DNA of 64,000 nucleotides from Nannocystis bainbridge. GTDB taxonomy: Bacteria > Myxococcota_A > Polyangia > Nannocystales > Nannocystaceae. The stretch lies in NCBI RefSeq assembly GCF_028368995.1, contig NZ_JAQNDL010000001.1, positions 4,352,001 through 4,416,000 of the forward strand, given 5' to 3'. The position numbers were made by a program, and so were the translations under genes. Under the pieces are notes generated by a model that was not told the DNA's origin, did no database searches, and worked only from the letters and a program-made list of their open reading frames with translations. Positions 25,326 through 35,676 of this stretch are shown here, one piece after another (position 1 is the stretch's first letter; each line of letters opens with the position of its first letter).

Positions 25326-26084
25326 ATGCGGGCGCGAGTTCCGGCGTGGCGAGGCCTGTATGCGATCCTCGATCTGCCGCACGCGGGTGGGCTCGAGCCG
25401 GCGGTGGCGCTGGCCGGGCTGCTCGGCGTCATGGAGATCGGTCCGGAGAAAGCTCCCATGATCGTGCAGCTGCGGGCCAAGCAGGCCGATGCGGCGGAGC
25501 GCGGGCGGCTGGTGCGTGAGCTGGCGCCCATGGTCCGCGCGGCGGGAGGTCTGCTGATCGTCGACGACGACTTCGAGGCGGCGATGGCAGGCGCCGACGG
25601 GGTTCACCTCGGCCAGGAGGACATGGCCGAGCGGACAGGTGACCGACCCTGGTCCGAGCTGCTGGCGGAGCTGCGAAGCGCGGCGCCGCCAGGCTTCTTG
25701 ATCGGGCTTTCGACGCACTCGCGAGCGCAGGTGGAGCTCGCGGCTGGGCTCGATGTCGACTACATCGGCTTCGGGCCGATCCTGCAGACCCGCTCCAAAC
25801 TGGCGCAGGAGCCCGCTGTCGGCTTCGAAGCGCTGGAGCAGGTCTGCGCGATCTCGCCGCACCCGGTCGTGGCGATCGGCGGCCTCGGGGCTGAGGAGGC
25901 GCTGCGGTGTGCAAGGGCGGGAGCAGCCGGCGTGGCGATGATCGGCGCGCTGGTGGGCACGACCGAGGCGGAGGTCCGCGCTCGGGCGGTGGACCTGGCG
26001 ACGGCGCTGAAGCACGCGATTCACGCGCTCGGTTCCGCCGTATCGCCCGCAGGCGGGCCGGCTGCCCGATCGCCGGCTTCCTGA
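25326..26084 (+). CDS. thiE: Thiamine-phosphate synthase
   Basis: [41 protein letters not shown]. Confidence 0.92.
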   Translation: MRARVPAWRGLYAILDLPHAGGLEPAVALAGLLGVMEIGPEKAPMIVQLRAKQADAAERGRLVRELAPMVRAAGGLLIVDDDFEAAMAGADGVHLGQEDMAERTGDRPWSELLAELRSAAPPGFLIGLSTHSRAQVELAAGLDVDYIGFGPILQTRSKLAQEPAVGFEALEQVCAISPHPVVAIGGLGAEEALRCARAGAAGVAMIGALVGTTEAEVRARAVDLATALKHAIHALGSAVSPAGGPAARSPAS

Positions 26085-26181
26085 CCGGCGGCTCTGCCGC
26101 GAACTTGCAGCGCCGGACTTTCGGAGGCATCACAGAAGGGTGCAGTTGGCGGGGAATACGGCAGGTAGAGCGGTGCGTCGC

Positions 26182-26376
26182 ATGGCGCCGGCCGCTCAGC
26201 CCGGTCGCGAGGTGGTCGACGTGCTGGTCGCGCGTCGTCAGGTCCGCACCGGCCCGCTGCATGTGCGACCGCTCGGCGACATCGACGACCGCTCGGGCCT
26301 GGAGACGCGGCTGCCGCTGCTGATCCTGTTCAGCCTCGGGGTCCTCGTCAGCGTGCAGGTCTACCTGCACGTGTAG
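26182..26376 (+). CDS. Small hypothetical membrane protein
   Basis: C-terminal TM helix LPLLILFSLGVLVSV, GC3-biased codons; start uncertain. Confidence 0.45.
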   Translation: MAPAAQPGREVVDVLVARRQVRTGPLHVRPLGDIDDRSGLETRLPLLILFSLGVLVSVQVYLHV

Positions 26377-26499
26377 CCTGCCCGTGTAGCGGACACGGCC
26401 GTTCGGCGAACGGGGTCGCGTTTTCACGCGCCGTTCGGTGGTTGGGCGCCTACATCGGGCGCGAAGCGAGGTTCGTGGCTCGCGGTGCGGACGATGAAA

Positions 26500-26578
26500 G
26501 GCCCTGTCCGATCGGGCAGGGCCTTTGGCGCAGGTTCTATCGCGCATGTCGCAAGGGACATGGCCCTTGCGACAGGAG
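26500..26578. repeat. 14-bp-phased repeat array (6 cores)
   Basis: Cores at 26503, 26517, 26531, 26545, 26559, 26573. Confidence 0.88.
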
Positions 26579-26580
26579 CA

Positions 26581-27780
26581 TCAGCTGTGCTCGAGCACGA
26601 GGGCGATGCCCTGGCCGCCGCCGATGCAGGCGGCGCCGACGGCGTAGCGGCCGGAGCGGCGGCGGAGCTCGTGGACGAGGTGGGCGGTGATGCGCGCGCC
26701 CGAGGCGCCGAGCGGGTGGCCGAGAGCGATGGCGCCGCCGTCGACATTGGTCTTGTCGCGGTCGAGGCCGAGCTCCTTCTCGCAGGCGAGGTACTGAGCG
26801 GCGAAGGCCTCGTTGATCTCGAACAGGTCGACGTCGCCCTGGGCGAGGCCGGCGCGGGCGAGGGCGCCGCGGATGGCGGGCACGGGGCCGATGCCCATGA
26901 TCGTCGGCTCGACGCCGGCGACGTGCCACTGGACGACGCGCGCGAGCGAGGTGAGGCCGTGACGCTTGACGGCCTCTTCGCTGGCGAGCACGAGCGCGGC
27001 GCCGCCGTCGCAGATGCCGGAGGCGTTACCGGCCGTGACGACGCCGTCCTTCTTGAAGGAGGCCGGCAACTTGCCCATGGTCTCGAGGCTGGCGTCGCGG
27101 CGCGCGTGCTCGTCGACGGCGAACTGGGTCACGCCCTTCTTGGACTTGATCTCGACCGGCGCGAGCTCGGCGGTGAAGCGGCCGGCGTCCTGCGCGGCGG
27201 CCCAGGTCTGCTGCGAGCGCAGGCCGTAGGCGTCGCACTCGGCGCGGCTGATGCCGTACTTCTCGGCCAGGTTCTCGGCGGTGATCGCCATCGAGCAGCC
27301 GGCGTACGGGTCGGTGAGCGAGGTCCACAGGCTGTCCTCGAGCTTGAGGTCGACGCCGAGCCGGGCGCCCCAGCGCAGGCCGCGACCGACGTGCGGGGCC
27401 TGGCTCATGCTCTCGGAGCCGCCGACGAGCGCGATCTCGGCGTCGCCGGCGAGGATGTCGTGGATGCCGCTGACGACCGCCTGGAAGCCCGAACCGCACA
27501 GGCGGTTGACGGTGAGCGCGGGGACGGCGATCGGGACGCCGCTCTTGAGGCCGACGTGGCGCGCGAGGTAGATCGCGTCGGCCGAGGTCTGGGCGACGTT
27601 GCCGAACACCACGGTGTCGACGACCTCGGGGCTGACGCCGCCGGCCTGCAGCGCGGCCTTGGCGGCGACCACGGCGAGGTCAGTCGCGGTGAAGTCCTTC
27701 AGCGCGCCGCCGAAGGTGCCGAAGGGCGTGCGCTTGGCCGCGACGATATGGATGGCGCGAGAGAGTGGCTTCTTGGTCAT
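26581..27780 (-). CDS. Acetyl-CoA C-acyltransferase (thiolase)
   Basis: NRLCGSG, NEAFA, GHPLGASG, CIGGGQG. Confidence 0.97.
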   Translation of the reverse strand: MTKKPLSRAIHIVAAKRTPFGTFGGALKDFTATDLAVVAAKAALQAGGVSPEVVDTVVFGNVAQTSADAIYLARHVGLKSGVPIAVPALTVNRLCGSGFQAVVSGIHDILAGDAEIALVGGSESMSQAPHVGRGLRWGARLGVDLKLEDSLWTSLTDPYAGCSMAITAENLAEKYGISRAECDAYGLRSQQTWAAAQDAGRFTAELAPVEIKSKKGVTQFAVDEHARRDASLETMGKLPASFKKDGVVTAGNASGICDGGAALVLASEEAVKRHGLTSLARVVQWHVAGVEPTIMGIGPVPAIRGALARAGLAQGDVDLFEINEAFAAQYLACEKELGLDRDKTNVDGGAIALGHPLGASGARITAHLVHELRRRSGRYAVGAACIGGGQGIALVLEHS

Positions 27781-27867
27781 GCGTGGGCTCGTTGCTCGAA
27801 GTATGCGGGAGGGGTGCAGGCCGCGAAAGGTTGAGCATCCTCACGGTTTGCGCTTCAATCTCGGAGG

Positions 27868-28662
27868 TTGCTGCTCTCGCTCGTCATCGCGGCCTCGCTG
27901 CTCGACGCCTCACCGGCTCCGCCGTCCGTGCCGGAGCCGGCGCCCGCGCTCGGCACGGTGTCGGTCGCCCCGCCGAGGACGACGCTGCAGCGACTTGAGG
28001 TTCCGCAAACTCCGGCGAGCGAGACCTCGACGCGCCGGTCGTCACGCGATGCGCTGCGGCGGTACCTCACTCGCCCGGTGGCGCGCTCGGCCCGCTATCT
28101 CGATCACGGGGTGATCGCGGTCGGCGTGGGTCTGGGGTTGCCGCAGATCTATCGCCTCGAGCTGCAATTGGGGCTGCTCGATCACCTGACGCTCGGCGCG
28201 ACGGCACACTGGCTCCCGGGACAGGTGCGGCCGAGCTGGTCGCCGAAGGCGGCGGTGGCGTTCTTCCGCGGGCGACTGCTCGAGGTGGGGGCGTTCTATC
28301 AGCAGGTGCTGTACCCGCCGACGCGCGATGACGGCGACCCGACGACGATCGCGTTCCAGCGCCGCGCGCACTACCTGATGGCGAGCGTGAGCCTGTCGCA
28401 GGCGTGGCTGACCGGCGGCTTCGACATCGGCTGGGCCCGCGGCCGCGAGGCGCTGACGCTGCTGACGCCGGAAGACCTCGAGACGAGCACGGCGTTCACC
28501 GTCCGCGACCGCCTCGGCGCAGGCCTTCACCTGCGCTTCGGCACACGCCGCGTCGGCGTGACGATGCAAGCCTGGTACCCGTACCTGGCGGCCGAACTGG
28601 TGCTCGACGTCCGCTTCGGAGCGTTCGAGATGCGCCGGCGCGGCGGCTGGCGCGAGCTGTGA
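27868..28662 (+). CDS. Hypothetical exported protein, possible small beta-barrel
   Basis: Signal peptide, amphipathic beta-strand pattern. Confidence 0.65.
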   Translation: MLLSLVIAASLLDASPAPPSVPEPAPALGTVSVAPPRTTLQRLEVPQTPASETSTRRSSRDALRRYLTRPVARSARYLDHGVIAVGVGLGLPQIYRLELQLGLLDHLTLGATAHWLPGQVRPSWSPKAAVAFFRGRLLEVGAFYQQVLYPPTRDDGDPTTIAFQRRAHYLMASVSLSQAWLTGGFDIGWARGREALTLLTPEDLETSTAFTVRDRLGAGLHLRFGTRRVGVTMQAWYPYLAAELVLDVRFGAFEMRRRGGWREL

Positions 28663-28785
28663 GCTGCCCGTAGAGACAGGTCCGTGCCGAGCGAGCTGTC
28701 CTGAAGGACATGCAGTCGATGACTCACGCTCGGGCGGATCGATGCCGCCGCGAGTTCGTGAATCAACCTGTCCCGAAGGTCAGGC
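28661..28785. repeat. Three pairs of 14-bp-phased cores between convergent genes
   Basis: 28663/28677, 28695/28709 (TGTCCTGAAGGACA), 28767/28781. Confidence 0.75.
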
Positions 28786-30414
28786 GCGGAGGCGGGCGAC
28801 GCCGAGGCGCTCGGCGTGCTTCAGCAGGCGCACGGTGGCGGCGACCTGGCGGGCGCGGAAGTCCTCGTCGATGGTGATGTCGAGGTACTCGAACAGCTCG
28901 TGCTGGCTGGTGGAGCGGCCGACGCGGGCGGTGATCTTGTCGATCGAGACGTCCATCAGCGGGATCGGCGGGGGCGGCTGCGGGTCGCCCAGGTACTCGG
29001 GGTTGATACACGACGAGAGGTCGTTGGCGGAGGCCATGCGGTCGTTGAGGGCGGAGACGCCGAAGCGACGCATGAGGGTGGCGCCGATCGAGCAGTGCTC
29101 GAACTGGGTGCTGACGACGCAGCCCTTGCGGACGCGCGGGCCGATGACGAGCGAGGGCACACGGAAGCCCATCTGCGTGAACTCGGCCTCGTCGTCGACG
29201 GTGGTCGGCGGCGCGACGTGGTCGTAGAAGCCGCCGTGCTCGTCGTAGGTGACGATGAACAGGGTCTTCTCCCAGCCGGGTCCCTCGGCGAGGGCCTTGT
29301 AGAGCGAGCCGATCAAGATCTGGCCGAGCTGGATGTCGTGCTCGGGGTGGTCATCGTTGGAGGTGAAGCCAGGGTCGATGACGGTGAAGTTGGGCAGGGT
29401 GCCGGCGGCCGCGTCGGCGAAGAAGCGGTCGAGGTTGTTGGGGTTGGTCAGCGCGTCGAGGCTGAAGCCGCCGATGCCGTCCGCCAGCTTGCCCCACACG
29501 GTCGGGATCAGCGGGAAGGCACCCGCGACCCAGGGGACGTCGGTGAAGTAGATCCGGCTGGTCAGGCCAGCGTCGTCGCAGGCGTGCCACAGGGTCTGCA
29601 GGAAGGGCGACGGGAAGTTGCTCTTGCCGCCCTCGGAGCTGCAGGCGTGCACGTAGTAGCGGTTGGGCCAGGTCGGGCCCATGACCGAGGCGAACCACCG
29701 ATCGCACAGGGCGAAGTTGTCGGCGAGCGCCCACGACACGGGGATCTGCTCGCGCACGTGGTAACCCATGACCTGCTCGGCGTAGCCGGGGTTCTTCTTC
29801 TCGTTCTCGAACACGAACCCGTTGCAGGCGCCGAGGTTGAACTGCGTGTGGCACTCGTCCCACTCGTGCGGCGGATCCTTGGGCTGGTACTCGTCGAGCT
29901 TGTAGACGGTGACGTCGCCGAGACCGATGCTCGGGTTCCACTCGTCGCCGTCGAGGCCGTCGACCACGCGACCCTCGAGGAACTTGAGGGCGCCGAAGTA
30001 GTGATCGAACGAGCGGTTCTCCATCACCAGGACGACGATGTGCTCGATGCCGGCGAGCAGCTCCTCGGGGCTGAGGTCGCTGGCGGCACACTCGCTGACC
30101 GGCGACTCCGTGGTCGATTCGCCGGTGCTTTCGCCGGTGGTCGTGCTGTCGTCGGTGGTGGTCGACGAGCTGGTGGTGCCGGTGTCGCTGGCGCCGCCGT
30201 CCGAGGTGGTCGGCACGTCGGTCGTGCTCGAACCATCGCCGGTGGTCGTGGTGCCGGTGGTCGGGTCGGAGGAGCCGCCGTCGGTGGTGCCGCTGGGCTC
30301 GCTCCCGTCGTCACCGCAGCCGAACGCGGTGGTGCCGGCGAGCGCAGCGATCGCCTGCAGCGCCCGTCGGCGGGAGATCCGTGTCCGGGCCGCCCGCAGG
30401 TACTTCTTCGTCAT
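28780..30414 (-). CDS. Phospholipase C / phosphoesterase family Tat lipoprotein
   Basis: SRRRAL Tat-like motif, AFGC lipobox, S/T linker, IEHIVVLVMENRSFDHYFG, GPTWPNR, YDEHGGFYDHV. Confidence 0.93.
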   Translation of the reverse strand: MTKKYLRAARTRISRRRALQAIAALAGTTAFGCGDDGSEPSGTTDGGSSDPTTGTTTTGDGSSTTDVPTTSDGGASDTGTTSSSTTTDDSTTTGESTGESTTESPVSECAASDLSPEELLAGIEHIVVLVMENRSFDHYFGALKFLEGRVVDGLDGDEWNPSIGLGDVTVYKLDEYQPKDPPHEWDECHTQFNLGACNGFVFENEKKNPGYAEQVMGYHVREQIPVSWALADNFALCDRWFASVMGPTWPNRYYVHACSSEGGKSNFPSPFLQTLWHACDDAGLTSRIYFTDVPWVAGAFPLIPTVWGKLADGIGGFSLDALTNPNNLDRFFADAAAGTLPNFTVIDPGFTSNDDHPEHDIQLGQILIGSLYKALAEGPGWEKTLFIVTYDEHGGFYDHVAPPTTVDDEAEFTQMGFRVPSLVIGPRVRKGCVVSTQFEHCSIGATLMRRFGVSALNDRMASANDLSSCINPEYLGDPQPPPPIPLMDVSIDKITARVGRSTSQHELFEYLDITIDEDFRARQVAATVRLLKHAERLGVARLRA

Positions 30415-30582
30415 TCACCAGCGAGACTACCGCCTGGGTCCGCCGGCCGACAGACCTGCTGGGTCCGCTCGCAAGAGCTGCGCGAAGATGTCGCGACCGC
30501 GTTTCGTCGGCGGAGAGGGCGCCGCGAAGGGAGGTTCGCGCGCGCTCGAGCAGGGCGAAGGGTCGGCGACGACGGCGCAGCG

Positions 30583-30810
30583 CTAAAACGTGAAGTGCTG
30601 CGAGACGATGTCCTCGTTCTCGATCAGCTTGGCCGTGGGCCGGGGCTTGACCACGGTGGGGACGGGCACGCCGGCCGCATCCAGCTTTTCCGCAATAATC
30701 TCTTCGAGATACCCGCTGACGCTGAGGCCGGTGGACTCGCAATAGTCCTTGAGCCGCTGATAGGTGATGCCCTTGACCGAGATGCTCCTGCGGGTCTGTC
30801 GCTTCGCCAT
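30583..30810 (-). CDS. Small ribbon-helix-helix-like DNA-binding protein
   Basis: RRSISVKGITYQRLKDYCESTGLSVSGYLEEII fits beta-alpha-alpha RHH pattern; GAGGG upstream. Confidence 0.7.
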   Translation of the reverse strand: MAKRQTRRSISVKGITYQRLKDYCESTGLSVSGYLEEIIAEKLDAAGVPVPTVVKPRPTAKLIENEDIVSQHFTF

Positions 30811-31457
30811 TGCTGCCCTCCCTTCGCCTGGTGGCTCCTGCTCTCCAGCCTCTACGTCAAGCGCTGTCCGCACGCAAGGCCCATTCCACACTGCCCTAGG
30901 ATGCGCGAGGGGCGCATCCTGGTAGAGGCCGCCACCATGACGATCAAGTCCCCGACATCACTGGTAAATCTCTGATTTCGTGAGGCCCGATCGATTTGGT
31001 GGATCAGTCGAGTCCTGGCATGGTGAATCGCAGATATTTACCGCCGTCGGAGAGATCTCGGAGATCTCCTCAGCCATTTTAACCTAGCCGCAGACCGGGG
31101 AGCAAGGGGCAAAATCAATTTGCCCCGTGGACCTGGGACCGGGCACGGTGAAGTGGAATACAAAAAAATCGCCCCCATGAACAGGTGCGAATTCTGACCT
31201 TCCGCAGCTGCGGAGGCTTCCACAGCGACCCGACGTGCGAGGCCATCGACGCCGATGCGCCCGTACGTCGGTCTCGGGGCCGATGTCGTCGGCGAACGTC
31301 GAGGTGACGCGGGTTGCGTGGAATGCGGGCTTCGTCGGGCTCACTGCGGTGAGCGAGGGCTCGGGACCGCGGACGTGATCACACCCGGTGATTGACGTAT
31401 CGTGCCACCATCGCCCTGTTCGGGGGTGTTCGCACCGTGCCCTCGTCGGTCCGCACC

Positions 31458-33293
31458 ATGGAGCTCGAGCCCGAGACGAAAGTGTTGCCGCGCGGCAACG
31501 CCGACGTCGCGCCCTCGCCACCCGGCGAGGGGAGCGCTCCGCTGCACGCGCTGCAGCGGATCGGCCGCTACGAGGTCGTCCAGCGGCTCGGGCACGGCGG
31601 CATGGCGACCGTGTACCTCGGACGCGCCACGGGCTCCGCAGGTTTCGAGCGGGTGGTCGCCATCAAGGTGATTCATCAGCACCTCGCGGCCGAGCCCGAG
31701 TTCGTCGGGATGTTCCTCGACGAGGCCAAGATCGCGGCGCGGATCCACAGCCCGCACGTGGCCGGCATCCTCGACCTGGGCGAGGACGCCGGCAATTACT
31801 TCATGGTCCTCGAGTACATCGACGGCGAGACGCTGTCGGCGCTGCTGCGCCAGCTGCGTCCGACCGACGACCGGCTGCCGCTGGCGGTGGCCCTGCAGAT
31901 CCTCGCCGACGCGTGCGAGGGCCTGGTCGCGGTCCACGGGCTGCGTGACCCCGATGGCCGCCCCTACGGGCTGGTCCACCGCGACATGTCGCCGCAAAAC
32001 CTGATCGTCAACTTCGACGGCTGGACCAAGATCGTCGACTTCGGCCTCGTCAAGGCGACCAGGCTGCGCAACAGCAACCATACGGGGCACCTGCGCGGCA
32101 AGCTGGCCTACATGGCGCCGGAGCAGGCCCGCGGCAAGCCGCTGTCGGCCGGGACCGACCTGTTCGCGCTCGGGGTGATCTTCTGGGAGATGCTGACGGG
32201 GCGGCGGCTGTTCGCCGGCGAAGGCGACGCCGAGACGCTCGAGAGCGTGATGCGCTGCGAGGTGCCGCCGCTGCGAGAGCTGCGACCCGACCTGCCGCCA
32301 GGCCTCGATTCGCTGCTGCAGCGTGCGCTGGCGCCGACGCCCGAGGAGCGCTACCCGAGCGCCGAGGCGATGCTGGCCGACATCCGCGCGCTGCTGCGGG
32401 AGTGCGGCGACACCAGCGAGCCGCGGCGGGCGCTGGGGGCGATCATGCGCCACCACTTCGCGGAGCAGGCGAAGTACCGCATGGCGGCGATCCGCGGCGC
32501 CTCGCGCGGCGAGCTGCGGGCGCGGCCGACTTCGCTCGGGTCGGCGCCGCTGCCGGCCGCGTCGTTGCCGCTGCCGGGCGCGGCCGACGAGCAGACCCAG
32601 ACGCGCGTGCTGGCCGACGCGCGCGCGCTGGCACCTGTCCCCGACGACATGTCCTCGCCGACAGATCGGCTGGCGATCGTGCCGACGCGGCGACCGTGGG
32701 CGCTGTGGCTGGCGCTGCCGCTGGTGGGCGCGGGGGTGGCGGCGGTGCTGCTGCTGTTCTTGCTGCCGCGCTGGAACGCGCTGCCGCCCGAGCCGGCGAG
32801 CCCGCCCGCGCCGCAGCCGCAGCCGCAGGTGCAGCCGCCGCGGCCGAGCACGGTGGTGTGGTTCGTGTCGACCGATCCGGTGGGTGCCACGGTCACCGTC
32901 AACAAGGGGCCCGAGTCGGTGCTCGCCGCGCTCGCGCCGCAGCTGGAAGGGCAAGTGACGCCGCTGCGGCTGGTGGTGCCCTACGACGATCAGGCGCAGC
33001 TGCAGCTGACGGTGACGCACTCGGGCTACAAGCCGACCCGGCGCAGCCTCATCCCGATGAACAACGAGAACTTCGTGGTCGAGCTGCAGCCGGAGGCGCC
33101 GGCGCCGGTGCCGACGGTCGCGCCGGTGACGAACACGCTGGCGAACCCGACCCCGAAGAAGAAGCCGCCGGGTGCGAAGAGCCCGGGCGCCGGCGGGAAC
33201 GATGCGACGCCGGCCGCGAGCAAGAGTGAGAAGGGCGAGGAGAGCGAGCTCAAAGACGAGCCGGTCTTCAGCCCCGTCAAGGGTGGCGGATGA
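31458..33293 (+). CDS. Membrane Ser/Thr protein kinase with PEGA-like domain
   Basis: LGHGGMATVY, VAIK, HRDMSPQN, DFG, YMAPEQ; TM helix; STDPVGATVTV. Confidence 0.95.
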   Translation: MELEPETKVLPRGNADVAPSPPGEGSAPLHALQRIGRYEVVQRLGHGGMATVYLGRATGSAGFERVVAIKVIHQHLAAEPEFVGMFLDEAKIAARIHSPHVAGILDLGEDAGNYFMVLEYIDGETLSALLRQLRPTDDRLPLAVALQILADACEGLVAVHGLRDPDGRPYGLVHRDMSPQNLIVNFDGWTKIVDFGLVKATRLRNSNHTGHLRGKLAYMAPEQARGKPLSAGTDLFALGVIFWEMLTGRRLFAGEGDAETLESVMRCEVPPLRELRPDLPPGLDSLLQRALAPTPEERYPSAEAMLADIRALLRECGDTSEPRRALGAIMRHHFAEQAKYRMAAIRGASRGELRARPTSLGSAPLPAASLPLPGAADEQTQTRVLADARALAPVPDDMSSPTDRLAIVPTRRPWALWLALPLVGAGVAAVLLLFLLPRWNALPPEPASPPAPQPQPQVQPPRPSTVVWFVSTDPVGATVTVNKGPESVLAALAPQLEGQVTPLRLVVPYDDQAQLQLTVTHSGYKPTRRSLIPMNNENFVVELQPEAPAPVPTVAPVTNTLANPTPKKKPPGAKSPGAGGNDATPAASKSEKGEESELKDEPVFSPVKGGG

Positions 33294-34354
33294 GGCGAGG
33301 CCGCTGGCGATGGCGCCGAGCGACCGCCATGCTCTGCGCCGCGGTGATGACCGCGTCTCCGGTCGTTCAGGCGCAGGAGCCGGCCGCACCGGCGGTGTCG
33401 GAGGAGCCGGCCGCGGAGGGGCCCGAGAGCGCGGACGCACCGGATGCACCGCCCGAGGCGCCGGCCCCGGCGGTCGATCAGGCGGCCGCGCTGGCGTACT
33501 TCCGCGAGGGCAAGCAGCACTACAGCGAGCGCCGCTACGCCGAGGCGGCGCAGGCGTTCGCGCGCTCGCTCGAGGCGGCGTGGTCGATCAACGCGCTCTA
33601 CAACAAGGCACTGTCGCTCGATCGCGCGAGTGACCTGATCGGGGCGCTGCAGGCGTACCTCGACTACCTCCAGCACGCCGAGGCGAAGGACGAGCACCGC
33701 GTGCCCGCGCTCGAACGCAGCGAACAGCTGCGGCAGCGGCTCGGCGAGGTGTTGCTGCAGATCGACAGCCCCGAGGCGATCCGGGAGATCCGGATCAACG
33801 GCGATGCGGTCGACAAGGGCGCCTTCCCGTGGCTCACGCTCCCCGGTTCGCTCGACGTCGAGTTCGTCGGCGAGGCGCCCGGGCAGCGCAAGCACATCCG
33901 CGCCGACGTGCGCGCCGGTGGGTCGGTGACGATCGTGTTCCCCGGGTTCGTGCGGCCCGAGGTGCGGCCGGCGGACTCGCCGAGGCTGCCGCGGTTCGCA
34001 CCGGCGGAGGAGTCGCGGCGCGTCAAGGGGCTGCGCGCGGGCTTTTGGACCACGACGTCGCTCGCGCTCGCGGGCGGCGTGACGGTGGCGATCCTCGGGT
34101 CGCGCGTGCTCCTGGCCCGCGAACGCGCCCGCGCCGGCTGCGACGGCCTGTGCGAGGAGGGCGAGAAGCCGGGGCTGTATCGCACGTTCTACACGCTCCA
34201 GGACACGACCAACGTGGCGATCGTGGTGACGGCGGCGGTCGGGGTGGCCGCGCTGGCGCTGGGCATCGCCCTGCGCCGCGAGCGTGCGCGCCGGCCGGTG
34301 GCGACGCGGGCCGGTCTGCGCTGGCTCGGCTCGGCCGTCGAGCTCACGTTCTGA
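33290..34354 (+). CDS. TPR + PEGA-like exported protein
   Basis: Signal peptide, TPR helices (YFREGKQHY...YAEAAQAF), C-terminal hydrophobic hairpin; ATGA overlap with kinase. Confidence 0.85.
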   Translation: MRRGRWRWRRATAMLCAAVMTASPVVQAQEPAAPAVSEEPAAEGPESADAPDAPPEAPAPAVDQAAALAYFREGKQHYSERRYAEAAQAFARSLEAAWSINALYNKALSLDRASDLIGALQAYLDYLQHAEAKDEHRVPALERSEQLRQRLGEVLLQIDSPEAIREIRINGDAVDKGAFPWLTLPGSLDVEFVGEAPGQRKHIRADVRAGGSVTIVFPGFVRPEVRPADSPRLPRFAPAEESRRVKGLRAGFWTTTSLALAGGVTVAILGSRVLLARERARAGCDGLCEEGEKPGLYRTFYTLQDTTNVAIVVTAAVGVAALALGIALRRERARRPVATRAGLRWLGSAVELTF

Positions 34355-34383
34355 GGCGCTTGCACCGGCGCGTCCGGGCTGCC

Positions 34384-35634
34384 ATGACTCACCCCATGCA
34401 AGAGCGCCGGTGGCCGACCTATGCCCTCCGCGACCTCGTCCTCGACGAAGCGGTGCCCGACGAGCGCGGCTCGCTGCGCGTGCGTGACAGCGCCGGTCGG
34501 GTCTACCTCGACGCGGTGAACGGCGTCGGCTGTGCGCCGCTCGGCCACGCGCACCCGCGGTGGGTCGAGGCCCTGACGGCGCAGATGCAGCGCCTGAGCG
34601 CCGCCGCCAACTCGTTCAGCACCGCGCCGCAGCAGCGCTTCGCCGCCGAGATCGCCGCGCGGGTGCCGGTCGTCGACGCGCGGGCGTTCATCGCCACCAC
34701 CGGCACCGAGACCACCGAGGCGGCCCTGAAGCTCGCGCTGCGGGCGACCGGGCGCAACACGATCGTCGCGTTCGAGCGGGCCTTCCACGGCCGCTCGCTC
34801 GGGGCGCTGGCGTGCACGGCCAACACCGCCTACCGCCACCCGTACGTGCGCTGCCTCGGCGAGAGCGAGCCCGCCGAGCCGTTCGCCACCGCGCGAGTGC
34901 TGCGCCTGCCGTTCGGCGACCTCGAAGCGCTGCGCCGGACCTTCGCCGAGCACGGGGCCGCGATCGCGGCGGTCTTCATCGAGACGATCCAGGGCGAGGC
35001 GGGCGTGTATCCGGCCACGCGCGAGTTCCTGGTCGGGCTGCACCAGCTGTGCCGCGAGCACGGCGCGCTGGTCGGCGCCGACGAGGTGCAGTGCGGCTTC
35101 GGGCGCACCGGTTCGTGGTCGGCCTGGTCGCACATCGTCGGCGACGATCCGTCGCTCGCGCCCGACCTGATGTGGATCGCCAAGGCGCTCGGCGGCGGGT
35201 TCCCGATCGGCGTGTGCCTCGCGCGCGGCGACCTGGCGCAGGCGATGGGCAAGGGCACCCACGGCACGACCTTCGGCGGCAACCCGCTGGCGTGCGCCGC
35301 GGCGCTCGCCAGCATCGACATCCTCGAGCGCGACGGCCTGCTCGCCGCCGCCGGGGCCCAGCTGCCGACGCTGCAGGCGATCGCCCGCGAAGAGCCGTGC
35401 GCGCGGGTGAGCGAGATCCGCGGCCACGGGGCGCTGATCGGCGTGCAGGTCGGAAAGCCCGGCGAGCAGATCGCCACCGCCGTCGGCGACCGCATGATGC
35501 GCGACCACGGCATCCTCGTCACCGTCTGCGGCGGCCACACGATCCGCCTGCTGCTGCCCTACCGCGCCGGCGCCGAGGAGCTGCGAGAGGTGTGGCGCGC
35601 GATCAGCCGCTCGCTGGAGTCCGAAGCAACATGA
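34384..35634 (+). CDS. Class III PLP aminotransferase (acetylornithine aminotransferase-like)
   Basis: FHGRS, DEVQCGFGRTG, AKALGGGFPIG, HGTTFGGNPLACA. Confidence 0.93.
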   Translation: MTHPMQERRWPTYALRDLVLDEAVPDERGSLRVRDSAGRVYLDAVNGVGCAPLGHAHPRWVEALTAQMQRLSAAANSFSTAPQQRFAAEIAARVPVVDARAFIATTGTETTEAALKLALRATGRNTIVAFERAFHGRSLGALACTANTAYRHPYVRCLGESEPAEPFATARVLRLPFGDLEALRRTFAEHGAAIAAVFIETIQGEAGVYPATREFLVGLHQLCREHGALVGADEVQCGFGRTGSWSAWSHIVGDDPSLAPDLMWIAKALGGGFPIGVCLARGDLAQAMGKGTHGTTFGGNPLACAAALASIDILERDGLLAAAGAQLPTLQAIAREEPCARVSEIRGHGALIGVQVGKPGEQIATAVGDRMMRDHGILVTVCGGHTIRLLLPYRAGAEELREVWRAISRSLESEAT

Positions 35635-35676
35635 CCTTCAAGCAATGTCCTAAGCAACATGTCCTGATGGCCATAT
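35627..35676. repeat. 14-bp-phased array at the aminotransferase/TlpA junction
   Basis: CATG 35630, AATG 35644, CATG 35658, CATA 35672. Confidence 0.75.

Noticed and set aside
31015-31032. Sigma54-like TGGCA motifs (also near 340-356 minus and 5150)
   Set aside because: GG-to-GC spacing does not fit the strict -24/-12 geometry.
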